Origin: Xylographa opegraphella
Taxonomy: Eukaryota
Length of the DNA stretch: 64,000 bases
Assembly: GCA_022813865.1 (NCBI GenBank)
Contig: JALDZX010000075.1
Coordinates: 1 to 64,000, forward strand
Reading direction: 5' to 3'
Shown: positions 26,674 through 37,657 of the stretch, piece after piece
How the letters are laid out: every line of letters begins with the position of its first letter
Numbering within the stretch: the stretch's first letter is position 1
Made by a program: the position numbers and the translations under genes
The notes under the pieces: model-generated
Databases searched by the model: none
Seen by the model: only the letters and a program-made list of their open reading frames with translations
What the model was told of the DNA's origin: nothing

Positions 26674-27475
26674 GATGCATCCGTATAACCTCAATGGACG
26701 ATCTGGCTTCTGTGGTGCAGTGTCAATCCTGAATTGCACAGCACAAGTAATCTCTAAATCTTCGAAGCCGAATTTCGAAAACTACCACAGTAGTCGCGGG
26801 ACCGCCAAGCCAAGTCAGTAAAAATGATTAGGGTTCGGAACATGGTAACGCCGACGCCAAGATATTCTAGTACTTTACTTCAGTCAACTCGGACATTCTC
26901 ATGCATATGCCATTTATCCGCTGCTGTTGATCAAGATTACAAGTTCGATATCATCCATACTATGACGACCATTTCCCAATAGCATTATGTTCAACCTGAA
27001 AGTGCTGGCCCACTGGATGAGATTATGAACATAGACCCTGGATACACCAAGCTTTTCATCGGCCTTGTTCACGCGTATTAGCAGTGATCACAGAGACGAG
27101 TTTGAACGTGTCCTGGTTCGGAACAGCACCTTGGAACAGGCGTCCACTCTGAATGGGATGGCCTCTTTCTTACCAGCGAGTAATGATACATGGTCACAAC
27201 AAGACAAGGAAATGGAGATCTTTGGAGAGCCACAGCATTGCCGTCTACCATTCATGTGTTCCGAATAGCTCAAATGCTAACGGCTACATATGTCTTGAGA
27301 CTACCTCCCAAAGTGCATATTTGCACAGCCTCAAGTCTCGAATCCCTCATTCGTAATGAGACCATAACACCATAAAGGCCGTTCAACATAAGTTCTCATC
27401 CCAGTCCCGAGGGCCTTGTAACTCCCTTCAAGGCTCAGCAATGTCCCCATCCCAGTATCTCACTTTTCCCCAATA

Positions 27476-28588
27476 TCAGTAGTCCGAGAAGAGCTTACGC
27501 AATCGAACAGCGACAACCGCGTCACACACTATGCCAGAACAGAGGTATGCGATAAGGATTGGCCGGACAGTAACGAACACTTGCCTCGTGATTTTGGCGT
27601 CATACTGGAGTTCATAACGTGTCGCCACAACGCAACCAACACTGTAAAACTCCACGACGGCCAAGAATAACCACCAAGTCACAGCGTGGGTCCACTTGAA
27701 GCACTTCCATAGCATGGCTTGAAATTTGTTCCGTCTCACAAGAAGGGTGACTCCGATGGTAATCCAGATGACGAGTCGCAGAGTTGACCTGAGTGCGATG
27801 GATTGCCAAGGGATTGCTGTGTTGTTATTGAGGTACTCGTAAATGGCACACTGTTGTAGGATGACCAATACAAGCACTGCAGGCCAGAAAAGTACGTGAA
27901 AAATCAAGACAACCAGCATGCCGAAAATGGCAAGCAGTAAGGTGGCTGTACTTATTGTTGCTTTTAACCATTGGCGGTCATCGATTCTGTGCCATGTACT
28001 AGTTGAATGTGGTATGTCCGTCAGCCATTCAGCCTCAGTTTTCATACTTGATTTCTCTGATATCTCGTGGTCAGTTCCAGGTGCAACTTGTTTCCGCTGT
28101 CTGGCTACTCCTAAGACACAGAGGATACACGTTATAAACATAGCTTTATTTGCCAATCGTAAATAAATTGCTGATGCTGGATGGCCAGATTTGTGCTTTG
28201 GCTGAGGCCCCGGTTCAGGATCATCATCGTTGCTGCAATGTTGCCCAGACTCAACCTTGAAAGCCTCTTTCTCGTAAAGGGCGGCTTTCTCATCAAGAGC
28301 AGCCGCAACAATCTCACCTCCTTTCGCACCGCCAATATGCACAAGGTATCGGCTTTTGAAAATGTAGCGGTCGATTGCAAAGGTTAAGACAAGGATAGTG
28401 AAGAGTAGAACGGTAAGATGCGAGGTTTGTATCGATAAAGTCCAGATTCCCCCATTGTAAACAGGAAAGCTGAGGACAGAGTGAAGCTCTTGCAAGCCAA
28501 AAATTCCGTCGATGAGACTGATTTCGTGTCCAAAGTTGGCATTAGTGACATTTGTAGTGGCAGCGTCCACTGATAACATGTCGGCCAT
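27476..28588 (-). CDS. Uncharacterised multi-pass membrane protein (about 6-7 hydrophobic segments), 370 aa
   Basis: An uninterrupted 370-codon ORF from ATG with several ~20-aa hydrophobic stretches. No family motif recognised. Confidence 0.6.
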   Translation of the reverse strand: MADMLSVDAATTNVTNANFGHEISLIDGIFGLQELHSVLSFPVYNGGIWTLSIQTSHLTVLLFTILVLTFAIDRYIFKSRYLVHIGGAKGGEIVAAALDEKAALYEKEAFKVESGQHCSNDDDPEPGPQPKHKSGHPASAIYLRLANKAMFITCILCVLGVARQRKQVAPGTDHEISEKSSMKTEAEWLTDIPHSTSTWHRIDDRQWLKATISTATLLLAIFGMLVVLIFHVLFWPAVLVLVILQQCAIYEYLNNNTAIPWQSIALRSTLRLVIWITIGVTLLVRRNKFQAMLWKCFKWTHAVTWWLFLAVVEFYSVGCVVATRYELQYDAKITRQVFVTVRPILIAYLCSGIVCDAVVAVRLRKLFSDY

Positions 28589-29439
28589 ACTTGCCTCTAC
28601 ACTGCACTACGGGCAGCGAAGTATGAAATTCTCAAGAGGAAGAGTGAGTTAGATATTTTACGAACTAGTTCAGAGACCACTTGTATGGCAGTAGAAGTCC
28701 AGCCACCAATAAAGATCTGCTGCAAGACGTGGTTTGTTATTCGTCGTGAAGGGGTTATACCTTACATTCTTTGCGTAAGGTAAGGTAGGTAAGGAAGCTA
28801 AACCGCATAAAGGAATTTGGAATAAACTACCTCCGGAGCGAAACAATATTCATCACCAGGGCCTAGTGAGTCTCCGAACACCAGCCCTTGATCACTGCAA
28901 CAAAGTTCTTAGTGACTTGAGCGGGCGTGACCCCTAATTCTAGCGAGGCACTTCGCACTTAAAGGTAGGTTACTCTATGATAATCAATTGTGCTTCCATT
29001 TTATGTCCACCGGGGGTAAATAGCTTCCATGAACTCTCCTAGATCAACCGAGCTTCCACGGTCTCCACAACATATAACTTTATCCCTTATCTGGAACCAC
29101 TACGATATTTTCCACGTACACAATAGCAAGGCTTTGTATGCAGCAGGCAGTCAGAGCGAAGTCCTCAAGAAAACGCTGCAAAGCGCAGAGACAAAAAACC
29201 ACATTGAATCGAGCATGTAGGAATAGCAGCCTCATATAAATTTTTATCTATGCAACTTCTCTCCTACAGCACTCTATCACCAAACATTGAACGACAGTGG
29301 TATCAATCCTCCAAGCAAACACCTCATATCTCCATCAGACAAAACTCCGCTTCCCGAGACTCCTGCATGTACGCAAACCGTTTACCATGCACACACCTCA
29401 TGTTGAATTACGTCGGCTCGGTCGATCCTTCCCCGAAAT

Positions 29440-29550
29440 TCACTGAATGACACATGGCACGACGGTGAGAGTGGATCCAGTCTTGATGGGAGCGTTGATG
29501 GGACCGGATGTTTGACTGGTGCCGGAAGGGACGACTTGAGTTTCAGGCAT
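29440..29550 (-). CDS. Candidate a-factor-type (CaaX, farnesylated) peptide pheromone precursor, 36 aa: MPETQVVPSGTSQTSGPINAPIKTGSTLTVVPCVIQ*
   Basis: A short ORF ending in Cys-Val-Ile-Gln-stop. It is preceded by a branch site and acceptor (actgac...ttcttaaacAG|a ATG), an upstream GT-AG UTR intron and a TATA box. There is no signal peptide. Confidence 0.75.
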   Translation of the reverse strand: MPETQVVPSGTSQTSGPINAPIKTGSTLTVVPCVIQ

Positions 29551-29671
29551 TCTGTTTAAGAACAATTGTCAGTCGCCTATAGCGATGGACGATGGAGAGC
29601 AGGCTCGCTTTGTTAAAGTTAAAGGCTGGCGGAGTATCGGCAGGTGATAATGGTGGAGCGGATTGGTTATG

Positions 29672-29725
29672 CTGAAGGGATATCATTAGCAGTGCTACAT
29701 ATCAGTCGGAACAAGGCATAGTTAC
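29672..29725 (-). other. 5'-UTR intron of the CaaX-peptide gene (54 nt)
   Basis: AAG|GTAACT donor, GCTAAT branch site, cccttCAG acceptor. The length matches other introns in this window. Confidence 0.7.
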
Positions 29726-29797
29726 CTTGTAGACTGTTTGTGACTGTTCGGATTGATCTTGGAATTGATGAGAGGAGACGAGGGCAGAAGATGGTCC

Positions 29798-29804
29798 TTA
29801 TATA
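29798..29804 (-). promoter_or_regulatory. TATA box (TATATAA) of the CaaX-peptide gene
   Basis: The minus strand reads ctTATATAAggacc followed by a CT-rich tract, about 70 nt upstream of the first UTR intron donor. Confidence 0.65.
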
Positions 29805-31321
29805 GAATGAAGAAGAGAGTAGTCGCCTGTTCTAATTTGATGCTCAACTGTCTCCCAGCTCGTATAAGAAAATGGAGTACTAGCTACAAGCAGAGAGTCC
29901 TTCCTCATGATGCGGGCAAATCCCAATCTTGCACTGGAGATGGCTTCCTTCGAGAACAAACTTCCAAAGTCTAGACTGTGCGCCATGCCTTTGGCACTCT
30001 CGTATTCGCCTCGCAACAGGCATACCGAGTGAAATGAATCAGGCCTACGTATTCGCCTTACACCAATCCGAAGAAGGTTGATATGTTCGAGCGAAGAACA
30101 GCACGACGCAGATAATTGGTCACTGGCTTACCGACGAATTTCAGCTGGAAATGCTAGTAATGCAGGCAGTATTGAGCCACGTTTTAGGGCAACGCCGCCC
30201 AAACAAACAAGCACAGTAGCGTGCGTCGTAACACAAACCGGCCGCTGATGGGTCCCAGTATCTTGACACACACCCTCTAGAACATGACATGGAAGCACAG
30301 AAGAACACTGAGCAGGACTATCGGAACACACACTTTGCTGTCTCGTTTTTGCTCACCAGTCTACCGCACCAGCAACAAAGTCCCTGTAGAGCTCATAAGT
30401 GTACAAGCGATACTCATCACCGGATGATTGAAGTGTCGCGAAGTCACCGCACAGGCAAGGCCGTAACTTGGGCATAAGAGATCTTCAGGACTGGCAAGGC
30501 GGTGACAGCTCCGAGATTTGGTACCCTAAGCGAGTCTAGCGCCCCGCCCTCTCGAGCCTAGCATGTCCAGCCCCTTGCTTACGCCACGGTTCGACTTTCC
30601 CTATCAGTCTAGACGGCAACGTGGCGTTGATCTCGAGCTCCATCGACCAAAACTTGAGCATTATCCGCTGCCGATGAGCTGGGAATTGAATGAACTTAGT
30701 TTACTCTCACCGGGTCTGCCGTCCCGTTCAGCTGCTGTCCGTCGTGCGCGGCTTGCCCGACTCGTATTGCAGAAGGGGCATTGAAACGTCCTTCATGTCT
30801 GGCAAACGTGAGTTGTGTAGCATGCGTTGACCACATCGAACTCCGACGAATTGCGGGAAACTCTATGGCGCTTGGACTGGGTATAGTCGAACGTCGATCG
30901 CATTATTCCGGTACTGCCATCATGCATCTTCATGTGCGAGCTTTCTGCACAGCGCTGGCTTGAGAGGCAGCGAACCTGGTTAATTTCACAATTGTATGAA
31001 CCAAAGTGCTTGTGAGAGTGCTTCTATGCGCCTATGCCTTTGCCGTCGATGCGAATGTTCGTCCCACAACATACTCTCCTCCACCTATGACCTCCCGTAC
31101 CTCCGTTATCAGCCGTTGTGCTGGTTATCTCTAGCCAAGGCCTCGCTATCACAAGTATGCGAGTTTGCGAGGTCGAGCCACGAATACCTTTCTCATTGTA
31201 ACCGCAAAATAGACTCTACGTCTTCATCAACATGGTATTTGATCGTAGGGGGAGTGGCTAGTACCTCTCAGACAGTTTCCTGAACGCCTCCATTTCCAAG
31301 TACACCTGTTCTTCTTTTCGC

Positions 31322-33882
31322 CTACGCACACTGTCGTTGATTGTCTGAGAACATTCTCAGCTCCGCCCTTGTGTACAAACTTATTGACGCCTGTCCAGTT
31401 TCAACAGGATTTGGAGCAAACACTTCCTCGTGGAGTCCCTCGCACCCATATCGAGTACCTGCCTTTAAGGGTCTCACATCTTGACTGCTGAAACCTGCAT
31501 ATTCAGTACCGTCCGCAGACTGCCATATCGCTCCATACATCAATTTCTTTAGTGCCGCATTTTCATCTCCCGGGGGTGCATGGCAAGCTGCCGAGATGGC
31601 CAAGCTGCAGCTGCCCATGATTGGCATACCTGCGTGATACTTCCTCGTGCCGATCGCCCACAGTGCTAGACTTGCAAGATAGCCAAGAAAGATCGCGGTG
31701 GCAAGTGCGGGAGCCGACCAGCCGCAAGCCTGTACAGTGCTCAAAAGTTGCTCATTTACGTCGAAGACGTTGATTTGAACGAAGAATACACTTTGCGAAA
31801 AGGCCCAGTGAAGTGCACCGAATATGATCATCAATGGTATTGCATAACGGTAAGGCAATTGCAGGTAATAGGTGGAGCGTTGGGCGCCTTGAGGATTAGA
31901 TACTCGCAGAGCTTTGCGGTGAACTGCGTACGAATTCGTCTCAGCCGTAAGCAGCATACCGGTATACAGAGAATTATATAAGAAGTAGTTGACAGAGAGC
32001 AGCATTTGAGGCATGTTAGTGACTAGGATGGTTCCCGTAAGAGACATTCCAACGGTGACGTTGATAAGGCTGTTCATGGAAACCGCACCAAAGCCTGCTG
32101 TCCAAACAGTGGAGATTCCCGCGGTAGAATTGTATGTTGCGAGGTAGATCAAACCCAAGCTTATAGTTAGCCAGAAAAACATGCTTCTAGAATTGTTCAC
32201 CATTAGTTCATTAACATAATGAGCAACGTTCAGACTTACAACCAAACTGTAGCAAAAAAACGACGAGGGCTGGCACCACTAGACCACACAGGTTTCCGAG
32301 GTTGCCACACTTTCGACGGAGGATTCCAGCGGTAGGTCTCTGGATAGTGAAATATTGTCGGCCGGCTTCTCATTTCGTCTTCCTGTTTATACACAACATC
32401 ACGCTCGGATATAGTCCCATCACCCAATGATGTATGATCGGGAATTGCTAGAAAAGAAGCAATCGCATCTCCGACGGTGATCAAAGGTAGAAAGTCAGCA
32501 ATGAGTAGTGTTGCCAGCAGGCACAGTACTTTGACTGCGTTACAGATCAGTACCACAGCGAGAACAGGCTGGTTAATCTCAATCCTGCAATGTCCGACAG
32601 CGGACTCTGCCAAGCAGTGATCGATATGCAGAACTGATCCTTGTGTTGGTGCTGAGCAAATTCCCACACTTTGGTGGTCTGTGGGTCCAATAATCGAAGT
32701 ATTGAAGTCAAGGTAAGAGTATTGATAGGAAGGGCAGCTCCAGTCCGCGAATTTCCAGGCATCAGGTACTTTTGGTAGGTTTGCTGCACAGCCAGTATAG
32801 GTGTTGGTGGAAGGACCACTGACATAGCTAATCAAACTATCACTTTTGGTCACATTATTATAGCCATCATCAGCAATGTTGCTAGCGCAGAGCCAAGCCC
32901 ATGGCGAACTTGAACCAGAGAAATTGTAGGGAAATATGTTGTGCACTGTGTCTTGGCTGGTTGAACCCGAAACGAGTAACACGTTGTGCCAATCAGACAT
33001 AATCTGGTTGCTGTAAGCGTTGATGCAGTCAACATTCTCGAGCCTTGTGAGGGTGTGTGCGTTCTCCTGTAATGCTTGAATCAGCTGTATGTTGGCACCA
33101 GTGATACGTTCCGAATGAGTACTGTCAGTCATGTTGATCAGAAGGCGTGTCTGATTCCAAGACCCTCCAGTGGGAAAGTTCTCAGCAACCAGGACTGCTA
33201 CATAATTTGTAGAAGAGCGCGAGCTGAACAGAACTGAGTTGTAGCTAAAGAATTAGTTCTGTGCACTGTGTATTTATGGAACAGATTCTGAGTGTACGTC
33301 TTACAGCAAATGGAGGGGTATAGAGCTTAAGCCAAGCAGAATCCACAATATGCTTCGCAATAAACAAATAGAGCCCAAATTCCCGACACTCGGAACTCCT
33401 ATGATCAGCCAGGAGCCTTGCGCGTGTGACCTATCAACCTCAGCTCGGGTAGGAGAGCTCAGGCATTGCATCCCCATGTTGTTAGCCCCCAGGAGAAGCG
33501 TGCTGAAGACGTTAATAGCCAAATGGGACCATGTAGATATCCTGGACATTTCTTCGCAGGAACCTTCGAAGGCAATTGCAACGCCATTGCTGATCTGGAG
33601 CCTCGCATTAACCCAGCAAAAGATGGCAGTATTGATGAGCATGACGACGAATGCTGTAACCATTCCAGCGGTGACTCCGGTTCGCCATCCACCACGAAAG
33701 TGCCGTAATATACTTTTGGGTCCGGTTTTTGTTTTTTTGTATGATTCACTATCCACAGTACCATCGAGGGATATCTGTGATCTGTTGTCATTCTGAAATT
33801 GGAGTCCAATAAGGGTACTTTCATCGACTGCATCCTGCACCTCCAGTAGTGGTGCAGTCACATTGAGACGGCGATTGGTCAT
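31322..33882 (-). CDS. Fungal multi-pass membrane protein resembling the DUF6536 family; introns 33245-33304 and 32187-32239
   Basis: Motifs GWRTG, HLAINVFSTLLLGANN..MQCLSSPTRAEVD..H, SSIPLHLL|YNS, PLITVGDAIASFL, GAQRSTYYLQLPYRY and SCSLAISAACH. Three ORFs join in frame. Confidence 0.8.
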
Positions 33883-35142
33883 TTCGCATATACTTATTAG
33901 TAGTTCAGCAGAGGCTCTGTTCAAGTAAGCTAGCAAGTAGAATACGGAATCCCAGCAATGCGAAGAACATGAATGACATTCCTGATATTTGAATTATGCG
34001 AAGTACATGAGGACTGTAGAAGTTCGGAAGTGAACCAAACGTCCTGCTCAGCCTCTGGAATTGCCTTCGAGAACACTAAATAAGCGATTGCGATCTTTGC
34101 AACGATGGGAAGCGCATCAATTGTGAGCGTAGCGCAAGGACCACAACTGACTTCACGCAGGAACGACGGCAATATCTCAGTAAGTCTATGCAAAGCAGGC
34201 GGACACCTGTAAGCGCGAACGGGCATGTATGGGTACAACTGCGATTGTGCCTTGTTTGCCTTGTTCCCACAGCCACACCATTTCGCAACAAGAACTGAAA
34301 CGTATAGGTTAACCCATAGCAATAATAGGTGGAACTAACAGTCGGCCGTCATTCAGTTTGAGTGTCATTATGAACACCCTACCAGAAGTAAAACCCATGG
34401 AGATATAAAGCTTCCTGATCTCCTGACTTTATGCTTGCGGGGGATAGAGCAAGACGTGTTTACTAAATTCCTTGAGGGAGCCTCTTGGATCTGTATCATC
34501 GGGTATGGGATCATCGACAGAAAGTATCTTTGCTTGCCTTTCTTTCAATTTGGATCGACAAGTCTGGCAACGACTAGCAGGCCATCCAGCGCACAATTTC
34601 CTGGTGTCCAATCCACAATTAATAGCTCCCTTGGCACTAACCTATCGTCTTCACCGCCGAGAGTGGCGAGCTCGCCTTGGATGTCGTAACCAGCATACTC
34701 ATACGGATCGGACTGATTATCTGCTCCACTGCCATTTGCTTCTATCTCTTCCTCTGTTCACGCAGGCCAAAAACACTGAGATTGTTTCTGCAACTGTCGT
34801 GGCAATTTCTGCTGAGAAGAGTCCTAGATTTGCGGCAGTGAAAGAAGTCCCCACAAAACCGATCGGGTTAAAACAGCACAGATTAGTTAGTCATCATGGG
34901 CTCGTTGTTGCAATTGCTTCTTCAAGCTGTTTCCCAAGCTCGCCAGGTACCTAGTCCAGTTGGTACAGGCGACACGAAGAACATGAGACTGGGGCCTTCC
35001 CCTTCGTACATATCTGTCACTGTATCAAGATGAAACTCATTGGAGGCACCGTTGGAAGAAATAGATGACAGGGGCAGATAATGAATGAGACGATATTGTT
35101 TTGGGTCGCGGCCAAAGTTCCAACAGGAGCTTGGCAGGGCGT

Positions 35143-35162
35143 GACTTACCCGGACTTACCCG
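35143..35162 (-). promoter_or_regulatory. Perfect 10-bp tandem repeat giving two CGGGTAAG sites (Zn2Cys6, XlnR/AraR-like) upstream of L-arabinitol dehydrogenase
   Basis: The plus strand reads gacttacccg twice, about 390 bp upstream of the ATG. Confidence 0.5.
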
Positions 35163-35553
35163 GAAGTGACCAACGCTAGTCCTGTTTCAGAGAACCCGAG
35201 ACACAAATATTGCAGGGGGGAAAGCGCACGTGAAATGGTGAGAAAAACACCTCACCAACCTCCCACCATGATGTAGGTCGACAGCAGCACGAAGGAACAA
35301 CCGTTACGAGATCTCCCCGTTATGAAGCTCTCTCCATCTCGCCCACTCGTCTTTCCGCCGTCAGCGGCTCCGATCAAATCGGTCCTAGTTGTACCCTGCA
35401 GTCCACCATGACTGACGCGTTCCAGCCCAACTGGAGCGCTTGAACGCCCTGTACCCTAGCTGTAACCCCACCCTCCGCCCCTCTATATAGGTAGTCGTTG
35501 CAAAGCTGCTACCGTCAAGGGAGAGGCTACCTCAAGCCCTTCCAGCAACCGTG

Positions 35554-36722
35554 ATGTCGACTACTACTACCACAACCATCTCCAAGTCCAATGTTGGTGT
35601 CTACACAAATCCTGCTCATGATCTTTGGATCGCCGAGTCCAAGCCTACGTTGGAGGAGGTGAAAAAGGGTGAAGGATTGAAAGATGGAGAGGTCACTATC
35701 GCGATCAAAAGCACTGGCATCTGTGGGTCAGTTACACTGCATCTATTATATCATAAGCGCTGATTCCGTGTTCACTTTGCAGATCCGATGTCCATTTCTG
35801 GCATGCTGGCCGGATTGGTCCCATGATTGTGGAAGATACACATATATTGGGCCACGAGTCAGCGGGTGTCATCTTAGCGGTACACCCTTCAGTCAAAAGT
35901 CTCAAGCCAGGCGATCGTGTTGCCATCGAGCCCAACATCATCTGCGGTCAATGCGAACCCTGCCTGACTGGGCGATACAATGGCTGTGAAAAGGTTGAAT
36001 TTCTCAGCACCCCACCGTTTCACGGTCTCCTCAGACGCTACGTCAATCATCCTGCGGTATGGTGCCACAAAATTGGAGATATGAGCTTTGAAAATGGCTC
36101 GATGTTGGAGCCCTTGAGTGTTGCTCTGGCTGGAATGGAGAGAAGCGGTGTCAAGCTCGGAGACCCAGTCTTGATATGTGGAGCAGGCCCGATCGGCCTC
36201 GTCACACTGTTGTGCTGCAATGCAGCGGGCGCAGAGCCCATGGTAATCACAGATATCGATGAAGGCAGACTCAAGTTTGCAAAGGAGCTTGTGCCAAGAG
36301 CAAGGCTCTACAAGGTTGAACGAGGCGTCACCCCGGAGCAGGCTGCTGAGGATATCATCAAGCTAGGCGGAAACGTCAAGCCGTCGGTAGCGCTTGAATG
36401 CACCGGTGTGGAGAGCAGCATTGCAAGTGCCATCTGGAGCGTCAAATTTGGCGGCAAGGTATTTGTGATTGGGGTCGGCAAGAGTGAAATGAGCATACCA
36501 TTCATGCGATTGAGTACTCAAGAGGTCGACTTGCAGTTTCAATACCGATACTCGAACACTTGGCCAAGGGCGATTCGACTGGTAGAGAGTGGCGTGATAG
36601 ATCTGAAGAGACTGGTCACGCATCGCTTCGATATCGAAGATGCTGTCAAGGCGTTTGGAACGGCGGCAGATCCCAAGACGGGAGCTATCAAGGTGCAAAT
36701 CCAGAGCGAAGTCGACATCTAG
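35554..36722 (+). CDS. lad1: L-arabinitol 4-dehydrogenase (zinc medium-chain dehydrogenase, pentose catabolic pathway); intron 35727-35782
   Basis: Motifs [36 protein letters not shown], structural Zn CGQCEPC...[25 protein letters not shown] and GAIKVQI. TATATA lies at 35484-35489. Confidence 0.9.
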
Positions 36723-37657
36723 CCATCGGGGCGCTAACGCGTATGATGATGATCTTACATGACATTGTGATGATTCGGTTTCAGGAAGGCTGCACCCACT
36801 ATTCAATAGACCTGTAGTTGGTTTCGCAAAATAGTTTGCCAATCACGTCATGAAGTCGGTGATATATCAATGGCTATTTGAGTGGTCCAATTCCGTAGCC
36901 AGTTGCCGATACCGCAAAGGTATTTAGCCAAACTACGTAAATCAGCCGAAAATCAATCGATTGTTTCCTCCAGATACTTGATTATTTATTTATCAAGTCT
37001 TCACTAGCCAAAGCACATGTGAGGGAATTCGCACAAGAACTACGACAAGAGGCCCACAATTGACTTTTAAAGGTATGTCTGTACCGTAATATTAAAGTTC
37101 GTCCATGTACCACTTGAAGTCATCTACTGTTGTCAATCGCTGCTGTCAACTGCTTTCCTGTGTCTTGTTTCTACCTTTGTACTGTCGTAACTTGTAATTT
37201 GTGGTATAAAGCAACTGTCAGAACTGTTGAATCTTCATATCAAAAGTTTGTATCATTAATGTACACTCCAACATTTATAATATCCTCCGGCTCCCCTCTT
37301 CTGGATAAATCTCCTATCAGGCTAGGCTTCAGTTTCCATTGGCTGGTAGGTACTTTGGAGATCAAAAGGGCCTATCGTGAGCTTGGGAGATAAATAAGCT
37401 ACCAACGATCTACACGTAATGGAATGGAAAGAGTCGATTTTTGAAAGGAGATATAAGGACCGTCCCATACAGTCTCCGACATCCGCTGGGAAAGTAGGAG
37501 GGATTGTCGCGAGGAAGCTATCAACGACACTATAGACTTTTCCTGACACCGGAATGGATTTGTTTCTTGACAGGATAGCGCCGAATTTGCATTCAGTTAC
37601 AAACAACGTTTAAGAACTGCATCAGCTGATTCTACTCTCCAGCAGTCTCCACCTACC

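Noticed and set aside
26900..27400. Fragmentary plus-strand reading frames suggesting a decayed gene
   Set aside because: Multiple stops and no identifiable motif.
27476..28588. Calling the 7-TM ORF a Ste3-type pheromone receptor or a CaaX protease
   Set aside because: No recognisable family motifs, and the helix spacing does not look GPCR-like.
28775..28794. GTAAGG/GTAGG short tandem repeat
   Set aside because: Only about four degenerate units, not the TTAGGG telomeric repeat, and no context suggesting function.
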